Origin: Candidatus Spongiisociaceae bacterium
GTDB lineage: Bacteria > Actinomycetota > Acidimicrobiia > Spongiisociales > Spongiisociaceae
Assembly (NCBI GenBank): GCA_965219685.1
Contig: CBDCOH010000002.1
Coordinates: 3,328,001 to 3,392,000, forward strand
Length of the DNA: 64,000 nt
Direction of reading: 5' to 3'
The notes under the pieces were generated by a model. It was not told where the DNA came from and searched no databases. It worked only from the letters and a program-made list of their open reading frames with translations. This document shows, one piece after another, positions 30,431 through 39,071 of this stretch; position 1 is the stretch's first letter; each line of letters starts with the position of its first letter. Both the position numbers and the translations under genes were made by a program.

Positions 30431-30844
30431 ATGCCCGCGATCATCCTCGTCTCGCTGAAGCTCATCTTCGTGGCCTACATCTACCTGTTCGTATGGCAGA
30501 TCGCCAAGGCAATCGCCGCCCACATCGGCACCGGCCAGCCCCGTGAGCGCAGCCGCCCGGGAACCGGGCTGACGGTGGTCCGTAGCGATACCCAGACCGG
30601 ACTGAGCGTGGAGGTACGCCAGCCGGTGGTCCTGGGCAGGGCGAAGGGCGCGGACGTTCTCATCGACGACGCCTACGCTTCCGACTTCCACGTCAGGCTG
30701 GTCAACGACACGGGCGTACTGTCCCTGTTCGATCTCGGTAGCACCACCGGCACGTACGTGAACGGGAAGCGGGTTGGGGCTCCGCTGGAGCTGAGCAAGG
30801 GCGACTCGGTGCAGATCGGCAAGACCGTTCTGGAGGTGACGTGA
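30431..30844 (+). CDS. fhaB: FhaB/FipA-like membrane-anchored FHA protein
   Basis: N-terminal TM segment (LKLIFVAYIYLFVWQ), LGR...D.YAS..H, DLGST.GTYVNG. Confidence 0.85.
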   Translation: MPAIILVSLKLIFVAYIYLFVWQIAKAIAAHIGTGQPRERSRPGTGLTVVRSDTQTGLSVEVRQPVVLGRAKGADVLIDDAYASDFHVRLVNDTGVLSLFDLGSTTGTYVNGKRVGAPLELSKGDSVQIGKTVLEVT

Positions 30845-31572
30845 GATTCATCTGGGCTTCCGATACCCATACCGGCCGGACACGCAAGAACAACGAGGAC
30901 GCGGTGTATCCCGAGACCGACGGACACTGCTCGGAGCCTCTCCTGGTGGGTGTGGCGGACGGCCTCGGTGGTCACCGGGACGGTGAGGTCGCCAGCAGGG
31001 TGGCCATCGACAGCGCAGTCAGAGCGGAGGGTCCTCCCTGGCAGAAGGTCAAGGCCGCCAACGCCGCCATCCTGGACGACGTGCTGGACCATCCCCACCG
31101 CGTCGGTATGGGCACGACCCTCACACTGGCAGAACTCGACCCGGGCGGCCGCGCGACCATCGGTCACGTGGGGGACAGCCGGGCCTACCTGCTGCGGGCG
31201 GGAAGGCTCATCCGCCTGACGGTGGACCACACTTTCGTCCAGGAGGAGATCGAGGCGGGGCGCCTCACCGAGGAACAGGCCCGCATCCATCCCCGCCGCG
31301 CCCAACTCACCCGCGCCCTGGGACTCGGGCAGGAGGTGATCGTAGACGTCGGGAGAACCTCCCTCGCGCTCGACGATCGCCTGCTCGTCTGCTCGGACGG
31401 ACTGACCGCGATGGTCACGGACGACGAGATCACCGGCATCCTCGCAGAGGGCCCGCCGTCTGACGTGGTGTGGGGGTTGATCGAGGCGGCCAACCGGGCC
31501 GGGGGCCACGACAACGTGTCCGCGGTCGTGGTGGTGGTTACAGCACCTGAGGAACCCGACGGAGAGGACTAG
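30841..31572 (+). CDS. pstP: PP2C-type Ser/Thr phosphatase (soluble, no TM extension)
   Basis: GRTRKNNED, VADGLGGH, HVGDSRAY, CSDGL, GGHDN. Confidence 0.93.
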   Translation: MRFIWASDTHTGRTRKNNEDAVYPETDGHCSEPLLVGVADGLGGHRDGEVASRVAIDSAVRAEGPPWQKVKAANAAILDDVLDHPHRVGMGTTLTLAELDPGGRATIGHVGDSRAYLLRAGRLIRLTVDHTFVQEEIEAGRLTEEQARIHPRRAQLTRALGLGQEVIVDVGRTSLALDDRLLVCSDGLTAMVTDDEITGILAEGPPSDVVWGLIEAANRAGGHDNVSAVVVVVTAPEEPDGED

Positions 31573-31589
31573 ATGATCTGTCGTGATGG

Positions 31590-31774
31590 ATCCGACCGAA
31601 ACCGATCGCGCTGCGCGATCGGCGCGCAACGAAGTGCAATACACCTCTGACGCGTATACGTCAGTCTCCCTCGACGCGGATTCCCTCCCAGCTGTTCATG
31701 AAGGCCCCCTCGGCGCGACCCGAAACGCGGACGGTGCTACCGAGAGCCGGAAACGACTCGATCTAGGGCTGACC
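31590..31774 (+). repeat. Dispersed non-coding repeat family A, copy 2, followed by short A/C-rich heptamers (31791-31805)
   Basis: Aligns with 29483-29664; contains hairpins gatcgcg-ctg-cgcgatc and ctgacg-cgtata-cgtcag. Confidence 0.8.
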
Positions 31775-31875
31775 GCCGAGAGCCAGGAAGCAACCACCAA
31801 CCGCCAGGCCGGCAACCTGCCGATGTCCCGGGCCGCGGCCTCGGGCATCGATCGTCCCGACACAAGACCCTTCCG

Positions 31876-33168
31876 GTGAGCCGTACCGCCGAGGCCGTCC
31901 TGGTGCTGGCGGCCGCGGCCCTGGCGGCTTTCGGCGTCCTGCTGGTCAACTTCGCCAGGGGCGTGAACCTCAACGCGGACACCCCCGTGACGCTCCTGGT
32001 GTTCATCACCGTCTTCGGCGGCCTTCTGGCGGCCGTCAGATCGTGGGCCCCGCGCTCGGTACCGTTCCTGATCCCACTGGCGGCCACCCTTACCGCGGTA
32101 GGGTTCGTGATCCTGTACCGCCTCGACCATCAGTTGGCCGGCGTGCAGCGCTGGTGGCTGCTGACCAACGCCGGGCTGGCGGCGCTGTGGCTCTTCTCGG
32201 TCAGGACGAGAGGGATTCGCTCGCTGGCCCGCCACCGCTACGTCTTGCTGGCTGTGGCCGCGGTCCTCGCGTCGCTTCCCCTGATCCCTCCGGTCGAGGG
32301 TCTCCCGGTGCAGGGACTGCCGATCGACGGCTCCCGGCTCTGGGCGGAGTGGTCCTGGGGCGTTCAGATCCCGTTCCAGCCCGGCGAGGTGGCGAGGCTT
32401 CTCCTGGTCGTGTTCCTCGCCTCGTTTCTGTCGGAACACCAGACGGCTCTGAGCGCGGCGGGCCGGACGGCCGGGAGGCTCCGCCTCCCTCAACCCCGGG
32501 GCTTGGTACCCGCGGGGGTCGGCTGGCTCGCCAGCCTCGCGATCCTCCTGTACTTCAGGGACCTGGGCGCCTCCCTTCTGCTCGCCGCGGTGGTTCTGAC
32601 GATGCTGTACATAGCCACCAACAGACCCTCATACCTGGCGACGGGAGGCGGCCTCGTTGTGGCCGGTGTGTTCGTTGCCTACTTCGTGGTCGACCATGTA
32701 CGGGACCGCATCGACGCCTGGTTCGATCCATGGGCCAACCTCGACGGCGCCGGCCTCCAGACCGTCCAGGGGCTGTTCGCCCTAGCCGCCGGGAGCCTCT
32801 CCGGCACGGGCCTGGGCCTGGGCGAGCCGGGCCTGATTCCCACGGCGACCACCGGCTTCGTCTTCGCCGCTTCGGGGGAGGAGCTGGGTCTGGCAGGCTC
32901 CGTGGTGGTTCTGGCCGCGTACGCTCTACTGGTCGCGACGGGCTTCGGCATCGCTCTGCGCGCGAGGGACCTATTCAGAAAGCTGCTGGCCGCCGGTCTG
33001 TCCCTCACGCTGGGCTTCCAGACGCTGCTGGTTGTCGCCGGCGTGCTGCGGATCCTCCCGGTGACCGACATGACCGCCCCTTTCATGTCGGCGGGAGGCT
33101 CGTCGACGTTGGCCGGGTTCCTGCTCCTGGCGCTGCTGGCGCGGACCAGCCACGAGGAGCGCACGTGA
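31876..33168 (+). CDS. rodA: RodA/FtsW (SEDS) family protein; catalytic Asp apparently replaced by Gly
   Basis: FQPGE, DLGASLL, RI.AW.DPW, GTGLGLG, GEELG, PFMS.GGSS; TTGFVF in place of TDFIF. Confidence 0.92.
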   Translation: MSRTAEAVLVLAAAALAAFGVLLVNFARGVNLNADTPVTLLVFITVFGGLLAAVRSWAPRSVPFLIPLAATLTAVGFVILYRLDHQLAGVQRWWLLTNAGLAALWLFSVRTRGIRSLARHRYVLLAVAAVLASLPLIPPVEGLPVQGLPIDGSRLWAEWSWGVQIPFQPGEVARLLLVVFLASFLSEHQTALSAAGRTAGRLRLPQPRGLVPAGVGWLASLAILLYFRDLGASLLLAAVVLTMLYIATNRPSYLATGGGLVVAGVFVAYFVVDHVRDRIDAWFDPWANLDGAGLQTVQGLFALAAGSLSGTGLGLGEPGLIPTATTGFVFAASGEELGLAGSVVVLAAYALLVATGFGIALRARDLFRKLLAAGLSLTLGFQTLLVVAGVLRILPVTDMTAPFMSAGGSSTLAGFLLLALLARTSHEERT

Positions 33169-34301
33169 ACGGACCGATGCGACGCGTGGCGTTGGGCCTG
33201 TTCCTGGCCTTCCTGGTCCTGGCCCTGGATGTCACCTACTGGCAGATCATCGCCGCCGACCGGCTGCGGGAACACCCCCAGAACGCCCGCGCCCAGCTGG
33301 CCCGCTCAGGCCGGGAGAGGGGCCAGATCATCTCCTCCGACACGGTAGTGCTGGCCACATCGGTACCGGACCCCTCCGATCCCCGCTACTACGTCCGCGA
33401 GTATCCTCACGGGCCGCTGTACGCTCACACGGTGGGTTTCTCGTCCCCGCTGTTCGGTGACAGCGGCCTCGAGCGCTCTCAAGCCGGCGTCCTCACGTCG
33501 GGCCGAGACCTGACCGTCTCGGGGATCATCAACGCCCTCGTCGGCGAGGACCGGCGGGCCCGCTCCATCCAGATCACTTTGAACCACCGGCTGCAACGGA
33601 CCGCGGCGCGCGCGCTGGGCAGCCGGTACGGGGCGTTGGTTGCCATCGAGCCGACCACCGGACGCCTGCTCGCCCTTGCCAGTTCCCCGACGTTCGATCC
33701 CAACTTCCTGATCGGCGCCGAGGCCGCAACCGTGTGGAACACACTCGGCCGGGACCCCTCCCGCCCCCTCCAGAACCGAGCCACCGGAAGGTGGCTTCCG
33801 GGCGACCTCCTGCCCGCGGATGCGATCACCGGCATCCCCAGTGGTCCGGACACCAGCAGCGAATCGGCCTTCTCACTGGCTCTCAGGACGGCGGCCGTGG
33901 CGACCGGGGGTCAGCCGATGAGACCCTACGTGGTGGCCCGGGTGTTCGACCGGGATTCGCAACTCGAGTCCGAGACCGAACCGATCCCGTTCGCCCAGCG
34001 GCTCAGCGGCGAAGAAGTAGCCACCCTGCGTGACAGCATGGACGTGCTCGAGATCGACAGTGCCCGATTCGGCCCGATACGCGGCCTCGGTGCGTCCGGC
34101 ACCGACCGGGACCCATACGACCGCCAGCGTATCTGGTTCGTCGGTTTCCTCCCCCTGGGCCAGCCGGCCATCGCCGTGGCGGTGGTGATCGAGTCGGTGG
34201 CGGCGAGCGGATCCCGGGGCACTGGCACTGCGGAGGCCGCCTCGATCGGCAGGGCTGTCATGGTGGCCTGGCTGGACCAGCAGAGTCCGCTCGGTCGGTG
34301 A
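33165..34301 (+). CDS. pbpA: PbpA-like class B PBP with an internally deleted, motif-less transpeptidase domain
   Basis: TM, N.R....RG.I, R.YP.G.LYAH.VG, GA.VA.EP.TG..LA.AS.P.FDPN, PL.NRA are present. SxxK, SxN and KTG are not recognisable. Only 378 aa. Confidence 0.85.
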   Translation: MNGPMRRVALGLFLAFLVLALDVTYWQIIAADRLREHPQNARAQLARSGRERGQIISSDTVVLATSVPDPSDPRYYVREYPHGPLYAHTVGFSSPLFGDSGLERSQAGVLTSGRDLTVSGIINALVGEDRRARSIQITLNHRLQRTAARALGSRYGALVAIEPTTGRLLALASSPTFDPNFLIGAEAATVWNTLGRDPSRPLQNRATGRWLPGDLLPADAITGIPSGPDTSSESAFSLALRTAAVATGGQPMRPYVVARVFDRDSQLESETEPIPFAQRLSGEEVATLRDSMDVLEIDSARFGPIRGLGASGTDRDPYDRQRIWFVGFLPLGQPAIAVAVVIESVAASGSRGTGTAEAASIGRAVMVAWLDQQSPLGR

Positions 34302-34464
34302 TGCCGCCGAGGACGGGAACCTGCCCATCGTCGTCGGTGAAGGAGCCTTCGCGCCCCTCCGCGCGGGCGTGCCAGGCCAACCGCGACCCTGGCGCCGCAG
34401 AGGTGGCCCCCGGCACGACATGGCGAAGGATTCCCCCGGCGGAGCACTAGATTCAGGGGTGGTC

Positions 34465-36609
34465 ATGGACTCACCACATTCTCTAGGAAGGTACGACCTC
34501 ACGGCCCACCTGGCTCGGGGCGGTATGGCGGACGTGTTCGAGGCGTCCGATCGGATGCTGGACCGGCGCGTCGCGGTCAAGATCCTGCACCAGCGCTACG
34601 CCGAAACCGACACGTTCGTCGCACGATTCCGCAAGGAGGCCCAGGCCGCCGCCAACCTCAGCCACCCCAACATCGTTTCCATCTACGACTGGGGTGAGCA
34701 GGAGGGGACCTACTTCATCGTGATGGAACTCGTCAAGGGTCGTTCCCTGCGTGACGTGGTGAAGTCGGAGGGCAAGATCCTGCCACGGCGGGCCGCGGAG
34801 ATCGCCAGCGAGGTCTCCTCAGCGCTGGAGGTGGCGCATCGCAACCGGGTGATCCACCGGGACATCAAACCCGGAAACATCCTCCTCTCGGAGGACGGCA
34901 TCGTCAAGGTCACCGACTTCGGCGTGGCTCGCGCCTGGGATGACTCGGAGGATCTCACCAAGACCGGCGCGGTCATCGGAACCGCCACCTACTTCAGCCC
35001 CGAGCAGGCCCGCGGCGACCCGGCGGACGAACGTTCCGACATCTACAGCCTGGGCGTGGTGCTCTACGAGATGCTGGTCGGACGACCGCCCTTCAGCGGG
35101 GAAACCCCCGTCTCGGTGGCCTACCAGCACGTCACCGCCGAGGTGCCCGTGCCTAGCCGCCTCAACCCGGACGTACCGCCGGAGTTGGAGGCGATCGTGA
35201 TGAAAAGCCTCGCCAAGGATCCTGCCCGGCGTTACGAAGCAGCAGCCGACATCCGTCGCGACCTCCTGCTGTTCCTCCAGGGAAGGAAGCCTCCCAGGCC
35301 CTCTCCGGCCCCGCCGCGACCTGCCCAACCCCAGCGAGGCCGCAGGCCCGACCTCCCGCCTCCCACCGTTGCGCCTGACGAGGCGTACCGGAGGTTGCAT
35401 GCCACCCCCCGTCAGCCGTCACAGGTGCCTTTCATCATCACCTCGATAGCCCTGGCCGCCCTCGTCGTGGTCGGGGTCTGGTACCTGTTCAACGTGATCA
35501 CGGACCAGCCGGACGAGACGACCACGACGACCGGCGTGCGGATGGTTGTCGTGCCGCCCGTGAGCGGAAGGCTGGAGGACGAGGCTATCCAGATGCTCCA
35601 GGAGGCCGGTCTTTTCGTGGTTCCGGAGGGCGAGGCGGGCGACGCCGAGGCCGGCACCGTGCTGCGGACCGAGCCGGGTGCCGGAGCGGAACTCGAGGCG
35701 GGCGAGCGGGTAACGATGGTGGTCTCCATCGGACCCGTACAGATCCAGATACCCAACGTGGTCGGCTCGACGCAGGAGAGGGCCGAGAGTTCGCTCGAAG
35801 GGTTGGGATTCGGGGTAGATCCGCGGACCATCCGGCACGACACCATCGGTGCCGGACTGGTCGTCTCCCAGGATCCTCCCGGTGGGGCCAGCGCGCCGAG
35901 GGGGTCCACGGTGGAACTCGTGGTGTCGGCAGGACCGGAGCCGATCCAGATGCCCCGCGTGACCGGCCTGACCAGCGATCGGGCCGAGGGCAGGCTCGAG
36001 GGTCTGGACCTGGAGGTCGAACTCGTCACCACCTTCCACGACGAGGTGGAAGAAGGGCTGGTGATAAGCCAGAGCCCGGCGCCTGGCGCCGACATCAATC
36101 CCGGTTGGACCGTTCAAATCGTCGTGTCGAGCGGCCCTGAGGAGACCGAGGTCGAACTCGAGGATCTGTCGGGGAGGTCGATCGGCGATGCGACCGCATG
36201 GCTGGAGGAGTCAGGCTTCGAGGCGGTCATCGAGCAGGAGAGCAGCCGGGAGGTCGAGGCAGGCTCGGTCATCCGGACGGAGCCGCCGGGAGGCACCTCG
36301 CTCGAGCCCGGATCCCGGGTGGTGGTCGTGGAGTCCACCGGATCGCCGTTCATCGCCGTACCCGACCTCACCGGCTCCACCATCGAGGACGCGGAGGCTA
36401 CGCTGAGCGACCTGGGCCTTTTGCTGGAGGTTGCCAACTCGCCACGTTCGGTCGACGACCCCAGCCTGGACGGCAGGGTCGTCCGGCAAGCCCCGAGTCC
36501 CGGAGAGGAGTTGCTCGAGGGCGAGGCGGTGCTGGCGGTACTCGGCGAGTACTCCCCGGAGCCAACGCAGCCGCAGGACGGCAACGACGAGGAATCGGAG
36601 ACCGCATGA
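34465..36609 (+). CDS. pknB: PASTA-domain Ser/Thr kinase with five PASTA repeats
   Basis: GGMADV, VAVK, HRDIKPGN, DFG, GTATYFSPEQ, TM segment, five VP.V.G-type PASTA repeats. Confidence 0.96.
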   Translation: MDSPHSLGRYDLTAHLARGGMADVFEASDRMLDRRVAVKILHQRYAETDTFVARFRKEAQAAANLSHPNIVSIYDWGEQEGTYFIVMELVKGRSLRDVVKSEGKILPRRAAEIASEVSSALEVAHRNRVIHRDIKPGNILLSEDGIVKVTDFGVARAWDDSEDLTKTGAVIGTATYFSPEQARGDPADERSDIYSLGVVLYEMLVGRPPFSGETPVSVAYQHVTAEVPVPSRLNPDVPPELEAIVMKSLAKDPARRYEAAADIRRDLLLFLQGRKPPRPSPAPPRPAQPQRGRRPDLPPPTVAPDEAYRRLHATPRQPSQVPFIITSIALAALVVVGVWYLFNVITDQPDETTTTTGVRMVVVPPVSGRLEDEAIQMLQEAGLFVVPEGEAGDAEAGTVLRTEPGAGAELEAGERVTMVVSIGPVQIQIPNVVGSTQERAESSLEGLGFGVDPRTIRHDTIGAGLVVSQDPPGGASAPRGSTVELVVSAGPEPIQMPRVTGLTSDRAEGRLEGLDLEVELVTTFHDEVEEGLVISQSPAPGADINPGWTVQIVVSSGPEETEVELEDLSGRSIGDATAWLEESGFEAVIEQESSREVEAGSVIRTEPPGGTSLEPGSRVVVVESTGSPFIAVPDLTGSTIEDAEATLSDLGLLLEVANSPRSVDDPSLDGRVVRQAPSPGEELLEGEAVLAVLGEYSPEPTQPQDGNDEESETA

Positions 36610-37538
36610 AACCGGTGGCAAGCCACCTTGCGCCGAGCCCGACCGGCAGCGAGCCGGCCGTGACCATCACCGACGCCGTGTTCCGCTACGGGAGCGAGGT
36701 GGTGCTCGATCGCTCCAGCCTTGCCATAGAACCCGGGACGATCACCGCCCTCATCGGTCCTAACGGCGCAGGGAAGTCCACGCTCCTCAACGGGATCGCC
36801 GGCCTGATCCCCCTGTCGGAGGGCCGAGTGGAGCTTGGAAGGGCCAATGGCCGGCCCTTGCGCCTTTCGTACGTGTTGCAGGACACCAAGATCAACCAGT
36901 CGCTTCCGGTCACGGTTCGCGAGGTGGTGAGCATGGGCCGCTACCCCGGCAAGGGACCCATCAGACCCCTCTCCAAGCGTGACCGGCAACTCGTGGACAA
37001 GGTGATGGAGCGAACGAACATCAGCCATCTGGCCAAGCGCCACCTGTCACGGTTGTCGGGAGGACAGCGCCACCGCGTGCTCCTGGCCCAAGGCTTGGTC
37101 CAGGAGCACGAGATCCTGCTGCTCGACGAGCCGGCGACCGGACTCGACCTGGTGTCTATCCAAGCCATAAGGGACACGGTGCGCGAGGAGGCCAACATCG
37201 GATGCACGGTGATTCTCACCACCCACGACATGGCCGACGCTTGGACAGCCGACTACGTGGTGTTGCTTGCCGGAAGGGTGGTCACGAGCGGCCCGCCCGA
37301 GGAAGTCCTCCAGTCGTCCCACCTCATCGAGGCCTACGGAACCGCCCTGCTGAACGTGGACGGAACCCACCTCCTCCTGGACGATCCGCATCACGACCAC
37401 CCCGACTCTCACCAGCCGACCATGCGATCGATCAGCGTGGAGACATGGGAATGGCTCCGCGAGGAGATCCCCCGGCTACTCGGCGCTTCGCCCGAGGACA
37501 TGATCGCGGGCAGGGACAAGACGACAGAACCTGAATAG
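36606..37538 (+). CDS. Metal (Zn/Mn) ABC transporter ATP-binding protein (ZnuC/AztA-like)
   Basis: GPNGAGKST, LPVTVREVVSMGRY, LSGGQ, LDEP, THD, His-rich tail DDPHHDH. Confidence 0.9.
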   Translation: MKPVASHLAPSPTGSEPAVTITDAVFRYGSEVVLDRSSLAIEPGTITALIGPNGAGKSTLLNGIAGLIPLSEGRVELGRANGRPLRLSYVLQDTKINQSLPVTVREVVSMGRYPGKGPIRPLSKRDRQLVDKVMERTNISHLAKRHLSRLSGGQRHRVLLAQGLVQEHEILLLDEPATGLDLVSIQAIRDTVREEANIGCTVILTTHDMADAWTADYVVLLAGRVVTSGPPEEVLQSSHLIEAYGTALLNVDGTHLLLDDPHHDHPDSHQPTMRSISVETWEWLREEIPRLLGASPEDMIAGRDKTTEPE

Positions 37539-37566
37539 TGAGTGGTGAATCGTGAATGGTGAATGG
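37532..37566. repeat. Heptamer array (TGAATGG)x5 containing the stop codon of the metal ABC ATPase
   Basis: tgaatag tgagtgg tgaatcg tgaatgg tgaatgg. Confidence 0.88.
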
Positions 37567-37717
37567 AGGGCTGGGTTGGGAGCCAGTCTTCTCGGACCCT
37601 TTGAGCTGGATCGCCGCCCGCCCGTCCCGTATCAGGCGGGAGGTGGGTGGTAGAGGCCTACAACGCCCAGCCTATTGTCACCAAGGCCTAACTCGCTATC
37701 GAATACCCTTGAGAGTT

Positions 37718-37780
37718 ACTCACCACTCACCACTCACCACTCACCACTCACCACTCACCATTTACCACTCACCACTCACG
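37718..37780. repeat. Heptamer array (ACTCACC)x9, inverted relative to 37532-37566; contains the trpG stop
   Basis: actcacc x6, atttacc, actcacc, actcacg. Confidence 0.93.
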
Positions 37781-38328
37781 AAGTTCTCCAGGAGGGCCAT
37801 GCCTTCCACGGTGAGAACGCTCTCGGGGTGGAATTGAACGCCATGGATGTCGAGTTCCCGGTGCCTCACGCCTTGGACCACATCGTCCTCGCTCCACGCG
37901 CAGGGCTGTAGTACGCCGGGGAGCTTTGCCGCGGAGAGCGAGTGGTACCGCGTCGCGACGAACGGGTTGCTCAGCCCCTTGAAGACGCCCTCGCCGTCGT
38001 GGCGGACCGAGGAGGTCTTCCCGTGCATGACCTGGGGCGCAAGGTCCACCTGCCCGCCGAAGGCGGTGACGATCGCCTGATGGCCCAGGCAGACGCCGAG
38101 AATCGGAACGTGTCCTGCGAAACGCCGGATGTACGCTATGGAGTAACCGGCATCCTCGGGCCGGCCCGGACCCGGCGAGATGACCACCCGCTCAGGGTTC
38201 AACTCAGCCGCCCCATTCGCGTCCAACTGGTCGTTCCGCACGACGGTGGGCTCCGCGCCCAACTCGCCCAGGTACTGGACCAGGTTGAACGTGAAGCTGT
38301 CGTAGTTGTCGAGCACCAGGATCCTCAT
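37762..38328 (-). CDS. trpG: Anthranilate/aminodeoxychorismate synthase component II (glutamine amidotransferase)
   Basis: DNYDSFTFNL, SPGPGRP, GVCLGHQ, RYHSL, GVQFHPES. Confidence 0.96.
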   Translation of the reverse strand: MRILVLDNYDSFTFNLVQYLGELGAEPTVVRNDQLDANGAAELNPERVVISPGPGRPEDAGYSIAYIRRFAGHVPILGVCLGHQAIVTAFGGQVDLAPQVMHGKTSSVRHDGEGVFKGLSNPFVATRYHSLSAAKLPGVLQPCAWSEDDVVQGVRHRELDIHGVQFHPESVLTVEGMALLENFVSGEW

Positions 38329-38422
38329 GGCGTGCACGAGGATACCGGGCCGGGTTCGCAAGAGCCCCGGAGAAACCCGCGAAGTTTGTACAGGGCGGCG
38401 CGGGAGCGGTTACCCTTTGGTA

Positions 38423-38668
38423 ATGCCGCAATCCAAGGGACGCCGCAAAGCCAAGACGGTGCGGAGACCGACGCCGCCCAAGAGCGCGTCCGGAGGCAAG
38501 CGTGCCAAGCAGTCGCCGAAGATCTACGTTGCGATCATGTTCGGCCTGATGGTCTTGGGCGTGCTGATGGTCGTCACCCGCTATATCCTCGACACCCCCT
38601 CATGGCTTCTGCTGGCAGGGCTCGGATGCATGGGTGCCGGCTTCCTGATGACCACCAACTATCACTGA
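38423..38668 (+). CDS. crgA: Cell division protein CrgA
   Basis: MPQSKGR basic N-terminus, SP motif, two TM segments, GFLMTTNY C-terminus; canonical position opposite trpG. Confidence 0.88.
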   Translation: MPQSKGRRKAKTVRRPTPPKSASGGKRAKQSPKIYVAIMFGLMVLGVLMVVTRYILDTPSWLLLAGLGCMGAGFLMTTNYH

Positions 38669-38729
38669 GTGGTAAGTGGTGAATGGTGAATGGTGAATGG
38701 TTAGCACTCCACCAGCCACCAGCCACCAA
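38666..38729. repeat. Facing heptamer arrays (TGARTGG)x5 and (CCACCAG)x3
   Basis: tgagtgg taagtgg tgaatgg x3 starting at the crgA stop; ccaccag ccaccag ccaccaa at 38709-38729. Confidence 0.88.
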
Positions 38730-38785
38730 GTTACACGTGTGTAGTTTTCCCCCTGGTTTTCCCCGCCCTGTGGAAAACGGGAGGG

Positions 38786-39031
38786 TCACTCCGCGGGGAC
38801 CTCGTCCATCTCCTCGCGGCAGTGGCGGGGGGGTTTCGGCTCGGAGACATTGGTGACCGTCATCGTCACCTGCGTGCCGCACAAACTACACCTGAAGCGC
38901 CGCCGGGTTTCCACCACATCTTCGGGGTCGACCTCGGGAGGCGGGTTGGCCACCGCCCTTATCGCCGTCATCAGCACAGTCCAGATCACCACGCCTATGA
39001 GCAGGGCAATGATGATGTTCAGCAGGGTCAC
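38786..39031 (-). CDS. Small membrane-anchored protein with a putative zinc ribbon
   Basis: N-terminal TM helix, CSLC and HC..EM motifs. Confidence 0.7.
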   Translation of the reverse strand: MTLLNIIIALLIGVVIWTVLMTAIRAVANPPPEVDPEDVVETRRRFRCSLCGTQVTMTVTNVSEPKPPRHCREEMDEVPAE

Positions 39032-39071
39032 TTCGGCCCGTTCCCGACCCTCTCGGCCATCCGGCGAACGG

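Noticed and set aside
31583-31879. 98-aa ORF between pstP and rodA
   Set aside because: It overlaps repeat family A, whose other copy has no equivalent ORF; no protein-family features.
32043-33164. N-terminal extension making PbpA 752 aa
   Set aside because: Out-of-frame overlap with rodA; the real start is the GTG at 33165.
38744-38780. DnaA-box-like TGTGGAAAA and GTTTTCCCC repeats as oriC
   Set aside because: One imperfect box, no AT-rich unwinding element and no dnaA/dnaN.
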